In this document: piece after piece, positions 8,922 through 21,381 of the stretch
How the letters are laid out: each line of letters opens with the position of its first letter
How positions within the stretch are numbered: position 1 is the first letter of the stretch
NCBI GenBank assembly: GCA_963711565.1
Contig: CAVQEQ010000002.1
Span: 64,001-128,000 of the forward strand
Length of the DNA: 64,000 nt
Source of the DNA: an uncultured delta proteobacterium
Lineage (GTDB): Bacteria; Desulfobacterota; Binatia; Binatales; Binataceae
Direction: 5' to 3'
The notes under the pieces: model-generated
Seen by the model: only the letters and a program-made list of their open reading frames with translations
Database searches by the model: none
Told to the model about the DNA's origin: nothing
Position numbers and translations under genes: made by a program

Positions 8922-10745
8922 GTGCTCAAGATTGCCGTTTGCATCAAGCAGATTCCGCTGATCGAGGAAGCGAACTTCGACGCTGTCACCAAAACGATCA
9001 AGCGCGACGGGCCCAACGTGATCAGCTCATACGACCTGCGCGCGATCTCGCTCGCCGTCGAGCTGAAAAATCGCCACGGCGCCGAAACTACTGTCGTCAC
9101 GATGGGACCGCCCCAGGCGCGCGGCGCGCTCGTCGATGCGCTCGCGATGGGAATGGATCACGCTGTGCACCTTGAAGATCGTGCCTTCGCCGGCGCGGAC
9201 ACGCTGGCGACGGCTCGTGCGCTCGCGGCTTGGCTGGCGCGCGGAAATTTCGATCTCGTCATGCTCGGCAAGTATTCGCTCGACGCGGAGACCGGTCAGG
9301 TCGGTCCCGAGATCGCAGAGCTGATCGGCGCAGCGCAAATCACCGGTGCGCGAAAATTGGAAATCGAGGGCCGCACGCTTCGCGCCGAGCGCGAAAGCGA
9401 CGAAGGCTTCGATGAAGTCGAGGCTGAGATGCCCGCGGTGATCACCTGTGCCGAGCGCGTCGCGCAGCCGGTCAAGGTCAAGCCCGGTGCGTCCGATGAA
9501 GCGGCCACCCAGCCGATCCAGGTCGTGCGCGCGGCGGAGCTCGGCGCCGACGCGAAAGAGTTCGGGCTCGCGGGCTCGCCGACATGGGTGCAGGAGGTGC
9601 GCGTCGTCGAGACGCCGAAGACCGAATGTAAATTTATCGACGCAACTGATGCCGAACGTGCCGCGACTGAAATCATGTCCGCGCTCGAAGCACTGAGCGC
9701 GCTCGAGCCGCGCGTGCACAATCGCCGCCCGATTGGCACGGTGCGTCGCGCAAGCAAGCGCGGTCGCGACGTCTGGATCGTCTGCGAGACCGACCTCGAA
9801 GGCCGCGTCACGCGCGGCACGCTCGAGCTGCTGTCACGCGGCGACGAGCTCGCATCACGACTCGGCGGCGCGCTCGTCGCGGTAGGAATCGACGCCACTG
9901 TCGCACGGCACGCGGGATTGCTCGCGAGTTTCGGCGCCGACCGCGTGCTGACGCTCGAGCATCCCGCTCTTGTTTCCTACACTCCCGAGACGGCCGCCGA
10001 CGCAGTCGCGTCAATCGTTTCGACGCGCGCGCCGTGGGGGATTTTGATCGGCGCGACCGAGCACGGGCGCGATTGGGGACCTCGGCTCGCGGCGCGGCTG
10101 GGCCTTGGGCTCACCGGCGACGCGATCGATATCGAGCTCGATTCCGAGAATCGGATGGTCGCGCTCAAGCCGGCTTTCGGCGGCAACATCGTCGCGCCGA
10201 TTTACTCGAACACCTTTCCGCAGATGGCGACGGTCAGGCCAGGCGTGCTCGAACTCGCGGCGCCATCTGAAACCAGGCAAGCCGAAGTTCAGATTGTGCG
10301 GGTCGAGATCAGTCCGCCGAAAAGCCGGCTCGTAAAAGCGCACTCGACCCTCGACCCCACCGTCGCGCCGCTCGAAGGCGCCGAAGTTGTCGTCGGTATC
10401 GGCACCGGAGTCGGCGGGCCGGAGGGCGTCGCGAAAGTCGCTGCGTTTGCGCGAACTCTCGGCGCCGCGATGTGCGCGACGCGCCGCGTTACCGATCAAG
10501 GATGGGTGCCGCGGCAGTTGCAGGTCGGCCTGACCGGCAAATCGATCGACCCGCGACTCTACATTGCAATCGGCGTGCGCGGCGCGCCCAATCACACCTG
10601 CGGCCTCAAGCGCGCGCAGACGGTGGTCGCGATCAACAACGACGCCGACGCGCTGATCTTCGAGCGCGCGAATATCGGGCTGGTCGCCGACTGGCAGACT
10701 GTGCTGCCCGCGTTGCAGGACGCTTTCCAGCGCCGGCTTCAGTGA
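8922..10745 (+). CDS. fused electron transfer flavoprotein beta-alpha
   Basis: N-terminal VCIKQIP/GADTLAT/DAETGQV (EtfB); C-terminal QVGLTGK/AINND (EtfA FAD domain). Confidence 0.88.
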   Translation: MLKIAVCIKQIPLIEEANFDAVTKTIKRDGPNVISSYDLRAISLAVELKNRHGAETTVVTMGPPQARGALVDALAMGMDHAVHLEDRAFAGADTLATARALAAWLARGNFDLVMLGKYSLDAETGQVGPEIAELIGAAQITGARKLEIEGRTLRAERESDEGFDEVEAEMPAVITCAERVAQPVKVKPGASDEAATQPIQVVRAAELGADAKEFGLAGSPTWVQEVRVVETPKTECKFIDATDAERAATEIMSALEALSALEPRVHNRRPIGTVRRASKRGRDVWIVCETDLEGRVTRGTLELLSRGDELASRLGGALVAVGIDATVARHAGLLASFGADRVLTLEHPALVSYTPETAADAVASIVSTRAPWGILIGATEHGRDWGPRLAARLGLGLTGDAIDIELDSENRMVALKPAFGGNIVAPIYSNTFPQMATVRPGVLELAAPSETRQAEVQIVRVEISPPKSRLVKAHSTLDPTVAPLEGAEVVVGIGTGVGGPEGVAKVAAFARTLGAAMCATRRVTDQGWVPRQLQVGLTGKSIDPRLYIAIGVRGAPNHTCGLKRAQTVVAINNDADALIFERANIGLVADWQTVLPALQDAFQRRLQ

Positions 10746-10749
10746 TCGG

Positions 10750-11823
10750 CTACGCGCGGATTTCGTAGAGCGCTGAAAATAGATCGTCGATCGGCAGCCG
10801 CCGAAAATGCTTGAACCCCGCGCCCACGACCAGCTCGCGCGCCTTTGCCTCGCCCATGCACGCGCCGATGCCCGCGCCGCCGTGCGCGAGCAACGTCGTC
10901 ATGCAGTAGAGCGTGCTCATCGAGTACATCAGCCGGCCCAGCGGATTGATGTTGTCTTCGAGCTTCGACGACACGTTCACCTCGACCATCAGGTAAGTTC
11001 CGTCGGGTTTGAGCGCGGCGCGAATCGATTTCAGCAGCGCGTCGGGATCGACGGAATCGTGCACGACGTCGAAGGTCGAGATGAAATCAAATTGCGCGGC
11101 GGGCAGCCTCGTGCAATCGACGACTTCAAACTTGATTCTGTCGCCCAGGCCGGCCGCTTTCACGTTCGCACGCGCGCGCTCCAGCGAACCGCCATGCGCG
11201 TCGAAGCCGAAGACTTTGGCCTTGGGAAATGCGGACGCGATCGCGATCGCCGCGCGCCCGCTCCCACAGCCAACGTCGAGCGACGAGCCGCCTTCAGTCA
11301 GCTTGGCGACAACTTGGGGCATCGTCGGCAGCCACTTGCGAACCAGCTGATGCCGGTACATCGAGGCCGACGAACGCTCCATCGCTTCCCACGTCTCGGG
11401 CGGATATTCGCTCTGCGAAACGCCGCGTCCGTTCTTGAATGACTCGAGCACCTTCGGCGCGATCGACATCTGCGGGACGATCATTTCGATAAAGCCGCCG
11501 GCAAAGAACGGCGAGTCGTCGCGCGCAAGCACCATCGCATGCTCAGCCGGCATCGCGTAGGTCTTTGCCGCGGCGTCGTAGTTCACGTAGCCGGCGGCGG
11601 TCATCGCGCTCAGCCATTCCCGCAGATAGCGCTCACTGAGTCCCGTCTTTTCCGCGAGCTGCGCGCTAGTGACCGCTCCGGCTCCCGCCAGCGCACTGAA
11701 GATCCCAAGGCGATCGCCGATATAACTCAACGCACCAAGCATCGCGGCGCCGATATCATTCGACACCTGCTTCGAGAATTTCTTGATCTTGTCCCAATCG
11801 AGCTGCTGCTTGTCGTCGGCCAT
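10750..11823 (-). CDS. wHTH plus class I SAM methyltransferase
   Basis: GLSERYLREWL, LDVGCGSG, FDVVHD, ALKPDG. Confidence 0.88.
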   Translation of the reverse strand: MADDKQQLDWDKIKKFSKQVSNDIGAAMLGALSYIGDRLGIFSALAGAGAVTSAQLAEKTGLSERYLREWLSAMTAAGYVNYDAAAKTYAMPAEHAMVLARDDSPFFAGGFIEMIVPQMSIAPKVLESFKNGRGVSQSEYPPETWEAMERSSASMYRHQLVRKWLPTMPQVVAKLTEGGSSLDVGCGSGRAAIAIASAFPKAKVFGFDAHGGSLERARANVKAAGLGDRIKFEVVDCTRLPAAQFDFISTFDVVHDSVDPDALLKSIRAALKPDGTYLMVEVNVSSKLEDNINPLGRLMYSMSTLYCMTTLLAHGGAGIGACMGEAKARELVVGAGFKHFRRLPIDDLFSALYEIRA

Positions 11824-11878
11824 CGTGTTCCTCCGGAGACCGGCAGTATCGATCAATTCAGGCGTCGTCGGCTAGCGC

Positions 11879-14215
11879 TCAGATCTCTGGATCTGCGGTT
11901 GGCTCTTCCGGTTTCGCCGGCGGGGCACCGAATAGCGAGAGCTGATTCGGATTGTCCGCGGTTTCTACGACTGGCACGAACAGGCCGGGCTTCTCGACGA
12001 AGATGCGAAATTTTTCGTAAAGGTCGGCGAGCTTGTACTGATAGTACTCGACGTTTTCGTCGGGCTCGCGCGGATTGTACTCCGCCGCCATCTTTGCGAA
12101 CGCGTTCACACTCGCGGTCGCGCGGCGCCCGGTGACGTAATATGAAATCTGGTCGCCGGGAAGGTATGGGCGCTCGGCTTTGAGCGCGAGTTCGTAGGCC
12201 GCGGCGAGATTGCGGCTGTTGTCGCCGATTTTGCTGCGATACGTATCGAGCGAATCCTGCAGCGTCTCGGTCTTCATCAGGTCTTCGATTCCAATTTCGT
12301 GGCGTGCGAGCCGCGCGCGATATTCGTCGTGCAGTTTTGGAATTTCGTCGCGCCGATCCTCGAGCAGCAGGCGGAACATCTGCTCCATGAAACGGCGCTG
12401 GAAGCGTTCGAGTCCCCGCGAGCGCAATCCCGAGCCGCGAATCGTCATCTTCCCGGCGTTATCCTGCAGGACGTAATTTTTCATCTTGTACGAGAACATC
12501 GCGGCGTAACGGCCGTCGATCTCGAGCCGTATTCCTTCGGGCATGATCGAGCCGACCTGTTCCAGGAGCCTTTCCGCGCCTTTCTCGTCGGCGGCATCGG
12601 GCGGCGGCACGAAATAGATTCCGTCGGTATCGACCTCGATCACCTGCGCGCCGCGCTCCTCGAGTTCCGCCACTGCGCGTTGAATCAGATCGCGTCCGCG
12701 CTTCGTCAATGCGTTCGCCTCGCTGAAGTCATTGAAATGCCCCAGCGAAAATCCCAGGTAGCCGTAAAATGAATTGATCAGAATCTTGAACGTGAGCTGG
12801 AGCGCGTCGGCGTTGCGGCGCTCGCTCCCCTTGAGTTCGCGCGCGAGCGCCTTGGCCTGCACCCGGAAGCTGCGCAGATCGCCGAGCAGCTTGAGGAATA
12901 CGCCCAGCCGATCGGCGGCCGGCGCATGCCGATATTGCAGCATCAGCGACGGATAGAGCGACGTCACGTCGCAGTGCAGGACGCCATGCGCGACGCCGCT
13001 TCGCCGCATCTCGGTGTAACCGCCGGCGACCGGCGCGGGTGGCGACGGCTCGGGAATCGAATGTCCAGCGGCCAGGTACGCGCGCATCATCAGCGCGTCG
13101 ATCTTGGTCGCGTTGCCGCGCAGCACCGCGCTCTGGTACGAGTACGGAAAAATCTGCGCCTGCACGAAATAGCTGGGCGAGAGCGTCTCGGCCAGCGCCC
13201 GGGTCTCGCGAGCGTCGTCGAGCGCGTACTCGTAGAGCTTGTCGGGATCGTGCGCGAAGTAGTGGCTGATCTTTGACGCGTCGATATACACGCGATCCTT
13301 GCGCGCCAGTCCGAAATGTTGCGCAAGCTGCTTCAGCCCGAGGCTCTCCAGTTCGCGGCTCGAAATGTCGTAGTGCTGCGCGAGGATCCACGTGTCGATG
13401 ATGTTGCGGCCGGGGATGTCGTAGCGGCGGTAGGCGATCGAGCGTTCCGCAATTTGCATGCGCGACGGCCGCGCACGCAGCTCGCCGCCGTCGCGCCCCA
13501 GTCTCAACGGCACGCGATGGCGGCGCGCGCGCGTCTCCAGGTATTCAAGATCGAAGCGAAACAGGTTGTGCCCTTCGACGACATCGGGATCGCGCTCCTG
13601 GACGATACGCACCATCTCCTCGAGCATCAAGCGCTCGTCCATCTCGGTGCCTTTGAGCAGGCGCTCGAAGCCAGTCGAGTCGGTGAGCGAGATCGCAATC
13701 ACTCGATCGCCTTCGCGAGCCGCCGACGGAAACTCAAACCCCGGCGAGATGTAGGTCTCGATATCAAGCTGGAGACGGCGTAGCTCGGCGAAATCCATCC
13801 CGATGAAAAACGTCGTCCCGGTGAGCATCAGGTGCTGCTCGACCGGATCGGCCAGCACGAGATACGGCGCGTCAGGCGCATTGGGTGCCTTGCCCGTCTC
13901 GTTCCGGAGATGCCGTCTGGCGGTTTCCAGAGTTTCCAGCGAAGCGAAGGTGACGAGCACCCGGTAGCGGAAATCGCCGTCGAGCACGCGCGTCTCATGT
14001 GGCGCCTTGAAGCCTTCGAGCATCGACGCATTCTCGATCAGAGCGAACAGCCGAATCGGACGACGCTCGCGCGTGAGCCGGCCGGAGAGTCGCCGGTAAA
14101 CGTCGATCTCGGTCTTCGATGCGACCTCGACCGCGACCACGCTGGGGTCGGCAGGATCGCCGAACAGCAAACGGTTGCTGTAAAACTGCGCCGAAATTTC
14201 CTGGTACGTCGTCAT
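11879..14215 (-). CDS. polB: family B DNA polymerase (Pol II-like)
   Basis: Exonuclease motifs LDIET, GHNLFRFD, YALDD; polymerase motifs DVTSLYPS, KILINSFYGYLG, EVDTDG. Confidence 0.9.
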   Translation of the reverse strand: MTTYQEISAQFYSNRLLFGDPADPSVVAVEVASKTEIDVYRRLSGRLTRERRPIRLFALIENASMLEGFKAPHETRVLDGDFRYRVLVTFASLETLETARRHLRNETGKAPNAPDAPYLVLADPVEQHLMLTGTTFFIGMDFAELRRLQLDIETYISPGFEFPSAAREGDRVIAISLTDSTGFERLLKGTEMDERLMLEEMVRIVQERDPDVVEGHNLFRFDLEYLETRARRHRVPLRLGRDGGELRARPSRMQIAERSIAYRRYDIPGRNIIDTWILAQHYDISSRELESLGLKQLAQHFGLARKDRVYIDASKISHYFAHDPDKLYEYALDDARETRALAETLSPSYFVQAQIFPYSYQSAVLRGNATKIDALMMRAYLAAGHSIPEPSPPAPVAGGYTEMRRSGVAHGVLHCDVTSLYPSLMLQYRHAPAADRLGVFLKLLGDLRSFRVQAKALARELKGSERRNADALQLTFKILINSFYGYLGFSLGHFNDFSEANALTKRGRDLIQRAVAELEERGAQVIEVDTDGIYFVPPPDAADEKGAERLLEQVGSIMPEGIRLEIDGRYAAMFSYKMKNYVLQDNAGKMTIRGSGLRSRGLERFQRRFMEQMFRLLLEDRRDEIPKLHDEYRARLARHEIGIEDLMKTETLQDSLDTYRSKIGDNSRNLAAAYELALKAERPYLPGDQISYYVTGRRATASVNAFAKMAAEYNPREPDENVEYYQYKLADLYEKFRIFVEKPGLFVPVVETADNPNQLSLFGAPPAKPEEPTADPEI

Positions 14216-14469
14216 CGCGGTTCGCGTGTCTCGATTGTGCACCCGCATGGTCGCATCAGACAACGCGTACGCGCGAACAGTTTCAGAGCACTCCGAGGTG
14301 GCCGAGCCCAATTAGAACAATCGTGTAAAAATCGGCGGCGATGCAGCCAAACCGGCAAATGATGCGTATAATATTTGTAGCGGCCACCGACGAGAGCGCG
14401 ACTTCGCGACAAGGCCGCACGGCAGAGCGTCATTCGCCCAATGATCGCGCGGCGAAAATGGAAAATAAG

Positions 14470-14498
14470 TTGACTCGGATAGCAGCGATCCTTAGACT
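14470..14498 (+). promoter_or_regulatory. sigma70-type promoter upstream of rpoD-like gene
   Basis: TTGACT-17 nt-TAGACT. Confidence 0.55.
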
Positions 14499-14654
14499 GA
14501 GTCGTTGGTGTCGCTCACTTGCCTTTGTATTCTCGTCTGTATAAATGAGGCTACCTGATTCCCGGCTCGCGGTCGCAAGGGCGGCCGAATTGCGCGCCGA
14601 TTTTTCACGCATCGCATCGGCGGCCAACGTCCGCGCACAACGGAAGCAAAACGA

Positions 14655-16418
<1,764 letters not shown>

Positions 16419-16435
16419 TTCTCTCGCTTAAAAAT

Positions 16436-16574
16436 AGTGGGGCGGGCCGCCGTGCCCGCCATCGACGCGCGGGCGTTCGCTCCCGCACTTACCAATCAAT
16501 GACTCATCTTGCTTCTACCGAAGAGGCCTGCCTCTACAACCGGACGAGCGGCGGGCACGGCGGCCCGCCCCACT
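16436..16574. repeat. REP family B inverted doublet (REPIN-like)
   Basis: 25-nt AGTGGGGCGGGCCGCCGTGCCCGCC at 16436-16460 and its exact reverse complement at 16550-16574. Confidence 0.85.
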
Positions 16575-16670
16575 GACTCAAAGCCCGGTGCGGTCCGCGA
16601 CGATGAGTACCTGGCATCATTAGGTTCTTCAGGCATCCACCACGATCTTTTTGTGCTACGAATTCGGTCG

Positions 16671-18053
16671 ATGCCCTCGCGTCCGAACATCATCCTCATC
16701 CTCGCCGACGACATGGGTTACGGCGACTTCGGATGCTTCAACTACGGCGCCTCGCGCACGCCGACGCTCGACCATCTCGTCAACGAGGGAGTGTGCCTGA
16801 CGCAGCACTACTCGGCGTCTCCGGTTTGCGCGCCGGCGCGGGCGTCGTTGATGACTGGACGCTATCCGCATCGCACCGGCGTGATCGACACGCTTGAGAT
16901 CCGCGGCCTCGACCGCCTCGCGCTGCGCGAATTGACGGTGGCCGAACTGCTGAAACGCGCTGGCTACGTGACCGGCCTCGTCGGCAAATGGCACAACGGC
17001 GCGTACGATTCGCGCTACCATCCGAACCGCCGCGGCTTCGACGAATTCGCCGGATTCTCGGGCGGATGGCAGCCCTACTACCAGTGGAATCTCGATCGCA
17101 ACGGCTCATTCTCGCGCGGCGACGGCCGCTACTTGACGGACGTCTTCACCGAGGAGGCCACTGAGTTCATCCGGCGTCATCGCGCCGACCCGTTTTTTCT
17201 CCACCTCACGTACAACGCGCCGCATTTTCCGTTCGAGGCAGTCGAGGCCGACGCCGCACCGTACAAGGCGAGCGGCAACTTCACGCCCGCGGTCAGCCAA
17301 ATCTACGCGATGATCGAATGCATGGATCGCGGAATCGCGCGCGTGCTCGACGCGCTCGATAAGTCAGGCCTCACCGACAACACGATCGTGATGTTCACAA
17401 GCGACAACGGCCCGCAGTTCGGCGGCAAGGGCGAGATGTGCACCGACCGCTTCAACTGCGGCTTCGCGGGCTCGAAGCTGCTGGTGTACGAAGGCGGAAT
17501 CCGGTTGCCGATGGTGATCAGATGGCCGGCGGGGCTCGACGGACGCCGACAGGTCCACGACATGATTCATTTCACCGACTGGCTGCCGACGCTGCTCGCG
17601 ATTGCCGGCGCCGAGCCGCCGCGTGACCTCAAGCTCGACGGAATCGACGTGCTCCCTACGCTGCAAGGCGAGCGCGGCAAAGTCCCGACCGAACGCTTCT
17701 GGCAATGGAACCGCTACACGCCCGACGGTGAATGCAACGCTGCGATGCGCGACGGCCGCTGGAAGCTCGTGCGCCCCGCGATTCGCGAGCTGATGCAGGT
17801 CTCGAACGAGGACCTCGCGATGGACATCCAGTCGAAGTACAACCCCGAAAACTTCCACGACATCTCGCACGCACCCGAGCCCGACCGCATCAAACCAACG
17901 CCGCCGCCCGCGCAACTGTTCGACATCGTCAACGATCCCTTCGAGCGAATCGACCTCGCCGCGAAGGAACCCGCCCGCGTATCGAGGATGACCAACGCTC
18001 TCGCGTCATGGTTCGATGACGTCGAGCAAGACCGCCTCGCGATTCCTGATTGA
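16671..18053 (+). CDS. arylsulfatase family protein
   Basis: PNIILILADDMG, CAPARASLMTGR (CxPxR), GKWH, TSDNG. Confidence 0.92.
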   Translation: MPSRPNIILILADDMGYGDFGCFNYGASRTPTLDHLVNEGVCLTQHYSASPVCAPARASLMTGRYPHRTGVIDTLEIRGLDRLALRELTVAELLKRAGYVTGLVGKWHNGAYDSRYHPNRRGFDEFAGFSGGWQPYYQWNLDRNGSFSRGDGRYLTDVFTEEATEFIRRHRADPFFLHLTYNAPHFPFEAVEADAAPYKASGNFTPAVSQIYAMIECMDRGIARVLDALDKSGLTDNTIVMFTSDNGPQFGGKGEMCTDRFNCGFAGSKLLVYEGGIRLPMVIRWPAGLDGRRQVHDMIHFTDWLPTLLAIAGAEPPRDLKLDGIDVLPTLQGERGKVPTERFWQWNRYTPDGECNAAMRDGRWKLVRPAIRELMQVSNEDLAMDIQSKYNPENFHDISHAPEPDRIKPTPPPAQLFDIVNDPFERIDLAAKEPARVSRMTNALASWFDDVEQDRLAIPD

Positions 18054-18068
18054 AGAGACCAACCGTAA

Positions 18069-18121
18069 GTGAAACCCACCGTGGGTTTCACGCTTCCTTG
18101 GGCAGGGGTAACCCCTGCACC
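18069..18121 (+). repeat. REP-like family A copy 2
   Basis: GTGAAACCCACCGTGGGTTTCAC plus GCAGGGGTAACCCCTGCAC. Confidence 0.85.
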
Positions 18122-18212
18122 TTAGGGTAGGATGGATTGAATTCATCCGGGGTGGTCTGATTTAAGAGTCTGCACAGGCACCTTCGCCACCGGCTTTTCC
18201 GATGGAGCGCAA

Positions 18213-20318
18213 ATGAACGAGCAAGTTACCCGCCAGATCCTGTGGAACATCCCCGTGCCGTTCATCGTGCTGATGTACGGGCTGCTCGGGCTCCTGATCA
18301 TCGGCTTCATCTACGCCGGCCTCCGCTGGTACCGGCTGGTGAGTCTCGGCGTCGCCGACGATCGCCTCGATCATCCCGTCGAGCGGCTGCTGCTCTCACT
18401 GCGCGACTCGTTCGGGCAGGGCAACGTGATTCGCGAGACCTGGGGCTGGATGCATTACGCGTTCTACGTCGCCTTCGTCGGACTGTTCATCGGCACGACC
18501 ATCGTCGCGATTAACAGCGACGTGCGCGACCTGTTTAATCTCTTCGGACTCGACCTCTACTTCTACTACGGCGACTTCTACCTCTACTTCAAAGCCGCGA
18601 TGGATACCTTCTTCCTCCTGCTGATCCTCGGCGTGCTGATGGAAGGTGCGCGGCGTTCGCTGCGCAAGCCCACCGTGCTGAACGATCCGCCAGCCGACAA
18701 GATGCGCGACAATCTCGAGAACCGGCTCGGCTACTGGTTCCCGATGTCGATGATGGTGCTGGCTGCGGTCACGGGCTTGATGCTCGAAGGCGCGCGCATC
18801 AACGCGGCGCATCCGGCGTTCCACGAATGGGCATACGTTGGGCGCGTCGTGGGACGGATGGAAGGCGCGCTCGGCGCAGGCGTCACGTACCATCGATGGC
18901 TGTGGCTGGTGCACGTCCTGTTCGTGTTCGGGCTGCTGTTCTGTTTTCCGTTCACCAAGCTGCGTCATCTGATTTTCGGCCCGCTGAATCTTTTTTTCCG
19001 CAACATGGGTCCGCGCGGGAGGCTCGCGCCGATCAAGGATTTCGAGAACGCCGAGACCTTTGGCGTGTCACAGGTCGAGCAGTACACGTGGAAGCAATTG
19101 CTCGATATGGGCTCGTGCCTCGAATGTGGCCGCTGCACGATCAACTGTCCCACCGTCAACACCGGCAAGACGCTGAATCCCAAGTATCTCGTGATCGAGC
19201 AGCGCGAGCATCTGCTCGACAAGGCGCCGTTTCTGCTCGCGGCGAAGGCCAACGGCAAACCCGCCGAGGGCGCCGAAGCGCCTGCGTGGAACGGCCCCGA
19301 CATGATCACGCAGGTCGCGACCGAAGACGCGGTGTGGGGATGCACGTCGTGCGGATGGTGCGAGGAGGGCTGCCCCGTCGGCATCGAGCACATCCAGCGA
19401 ATCGTCAACATGCGGCGCTACGACGTGCTGATGGAATCGAGATTCCCGACCGAGCTGACGGGCGCGTTCAAGGGAATCGAGAACCAGGGAAATCCGTGGG
19501 GCCTCGCGCAGGAGAAGCGCGCCGAATGGGCGAATGGGCTGGAGATTCCCGAGATTGCCGAGCTCGAAGATCCGGCGGAGATCGACGTGCTGTACTGGGT
19601 CGGATGCGCCGGATCGTACGACGAGCGCAATCAGCGCGTCAGCAAGTCGTTCTCGGGCTTGATGAAACAGGCGGGCGTCAAGTTTGCGATCCTCGGACGC
19701 GAAGAAACCTGCACCGGCGACCCGGCGCGCCGCCTCGGCAATGAGTACTTGTACGCGACGGTTGCGGCGCAGAACGTCGAAACGCTGAATCGCTACAAGC
19801 CGCGGCGAATAGTCACGCAATGCCCGCATTGCTTTCACAATCTGAAGAATGAGTATCCGGACTTCGGCGGCAACTATACGGTCCTGCACGAAGCCGAGTT
19901 TATCGACGAGCTAATCCAGGCCGGGCGTCTGAAGCCGCGCGGCAAGATCGCTGAGCGCATCACCTATCACGACCCGTGTTACATGGCGCGCCACAATCGC
20001 AAATGGGACAGCGCTCGCAGCGCGCTCGGCGCGATTCCCGGCGCCGAACTGGAGGAGGTCGAGCAGTCGAAGAATCGCACGTTCTGCTGCGGCGCAGGCG
20101 GCGGATGCTTCTGGAAAGAAGAGCACGAGGGTACGCGCATCAATCAGAAGCGCTTCGATCAATTGCAGGAAGCGAAGCCCAAGTGCATCGCGGTAGGATG
20201 CCCGTTCTGCATGACGATGCTCGAAGACGCGGTGAAGTCGCGCTCGCTCGAAGAAACAATGCGCGTCCGCGACCTCGCGGAACTGGTAGCAGAATCCACC
20301 GGCGCTAACACGAAGTGA
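18213..20318 (+). CDS. membrane Fe-S oxidoreductase (FadF/HdrD-like, probable ETF:quinone oxidoreductase)
   Basis: N-terminal TM segments, two CxxCxxCxxxCP clusters, two CCG-type domains. Confidence 0.88.
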   Translation: MNEQVTRQILWNIPVPFIVLMYGLLGLLIIGFIYAGLRWYRLVSLGVADDRLDHPVERLLLSLRDSFGQGNVIRETWGWMHYAFYVAFVGLFIGTTIVAINSDVRDLFNLFGLDLYFYYGDFYLYFKAAMDTFFLLLILGVLMEGARRSLRKPTVLNDPPADKMRDNLENRLGYWFPMSMMVLAAVTGLMLEGARINAAHPAFHEWAYVGRVVGRMEGALGAGVTYHRWLWLVHVLFVFGLLFCFPFTKLRHLIFGPLNLFFRNMGPRGRLAPIKDFENAETFGVSQVEQYTWKQLLDMGSCLECGRCTINCPTVNTGKTLNPKYLVIEQREHLLDKAPFLLAAKANGKPAEGAEAPAWNGPDMITQVATEDAVWGCTSCGWCEEGCPVGIEHIQRIVNMRRYDVLMESRFPTELTGAFKGIENQGNPWGLAQEKRAEWANGLEIPEIAELEDPAEIDVLYWVGCAGSYDERNQRVSKSFSGLMKQAGVKFAILGREETCTGDPARRLGNEYLYATVAAQNVETLNRYKPRRIVTQCPHCFHNLKNEYPDFGGNYTVLHEAEFIDELIQAGRLKPRGKIAERITYHDPCYMARHNRKWDSARSALGAIPGAELEEVEQSKNRTFCCGAGGGCFWKEEHEGTRINQKRFDQLQEAKPKCIAVGCPFCMTMLEDAVKSRSLEETMRVRDLAELVAESTGANTK

Positions 20319-20365
20319 TCAAGACGTGATATGATGATGTCGTACGATACGTGCAAGACAGAGCA

Positions 20366-20536
20366 ATGAAACTGACTCGAGTGTTCAAAAGAGTGCGAGG
20401 CGGATACATCGGGTTCGTCGAAGAACTTCCTGGAGCAAATACGCAAGGTCGTACGTTGAGTGAGACACGGGCAAATCTGAAGGAAGCGATCGCGCTGGTG
20501 TTAGAAACGAATCGCACTTTAGCCAAAGAATCGTGA
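20366..20536 (+). CDS. HicB-like antitoxin (orphan, short)
   Basis: GYIGFVEELPGANTQGRTLSETRANLKEAI. Confidence 0.75.
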   Translation: MKLTRVFKRVRGGYIGFVEELPGANTQGRTLSETRANLKEAIALVLETNRTLAKES

Positions 20537-21378
20537 GCACACTTTCCTCAACTAACGACACGACGCCCGCGCTGCATCCGATGAATCATGGATTCACGTG
20601 GACGCCGGTGCGGGGACCGTTTCGTCTGATCAGGGACGAGCAGGCGCGGTCGTTCAACGAGCGGGGGTTTTTCGTACTCGAAAATGCGATCGATGCCGAG
20701 ACCGTCGCGCGCGTCATCGACGCGATTGCGCCCTTCGAGGCTAAGGCTGAAGAGTTCCTGCGCTCGCTCCCCGACGGCAGGATGGGAATCGCCAAGGCGG
20801 ACGGGATCACGTTCACCGTGCATCTGGTCAAGCTGTCCAAGGTGTTGCGCGAATTCTCGGCCAGCCGCGTGTTCCAGGACCTCTGTCACGATCTGATCGG
20901 TCTCGACGTACGCCTTTACTGGGACCAGGCCGTGTACAAAAAGCCCGAATATCCGAAGCCGTTCCCGTGGCATCAGGACAACGGCTACACCTACATCGAG
21001 CCGCAGGCGTACCTGACCTGCTGGGTCGCGCTCAACGACGCGACCCTTGACAACGGTTGTCCGTGGGTGATTCCGGGCGGGCATCTGCGCGGGACGCTGG
21101 CGCATCGTGCGTCGAAGCTCGGCTACGTGTGTCGCGAGGAGGACGGTCCCGAGGCGCTTGCAGTGCCGGTTCGTGCGGGCAGCGTCGTCGTGTTCTCCTC
21201 GCTGATGCCGCATCGCACCGGCCCCAACGTCACCAGCGGCGTGCGCAAGTCGTACATCCTGCAGTACGCGCCCGACGGCGCACGAATCGTGCAGACCGAC
21301 ACTGCCTGCGACGCGCCGGATCGCCAGTTCCTGATTCTGAAAAACGGCGCGCCAGTCTCGCCGCCGCCGCTTCAGTAG
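20533..21378 (+). CDS. phytanoyl-CoA dioxygenase (PhyH) family protein
   Basis: PWHQD, WVALNDA, NGC, PHRTGPN. Confidence 0.9.
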   Translation: MSTLSSTNDTTPALHPMNHGFTWTPVRGPFRLIRDEQARSFNERGFFVLENAIDAETVARVIDAIAPFEAKAEEFLRSLPDGRMGIAKADGITFTVHLVKLSKVLREFSASRVFQDLCHDLIGLDVRLYWDQAVYKKPEYPKPFPWHQDNGYTYIEPQAYLTCWVALNDATLDNGCPWVIPGGHLRGTLAHRASKLGYVCREEDGPEALAVPVRAGSVVVFSSLMPHRTGPNVTSGVRKSYILQYAPDGARIVQTDTACDAPDRQFLILKNGAPVSPPPLQ

Positions 21379-21381
21379 CGG

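Noticed and set aside
11879-14215. Prophage, casposon or pipolin origin for polB
   Set aside because: No integrase, cas1, structural genes or terminal repeats nearby; composition matches the flanking genes.
14270-14320. LexA/SOS box upstream of polB (GAAC-N7-GAGC)
   Set aside because: Imperfect match, and the LexA motif of this lineage is unknown to me.
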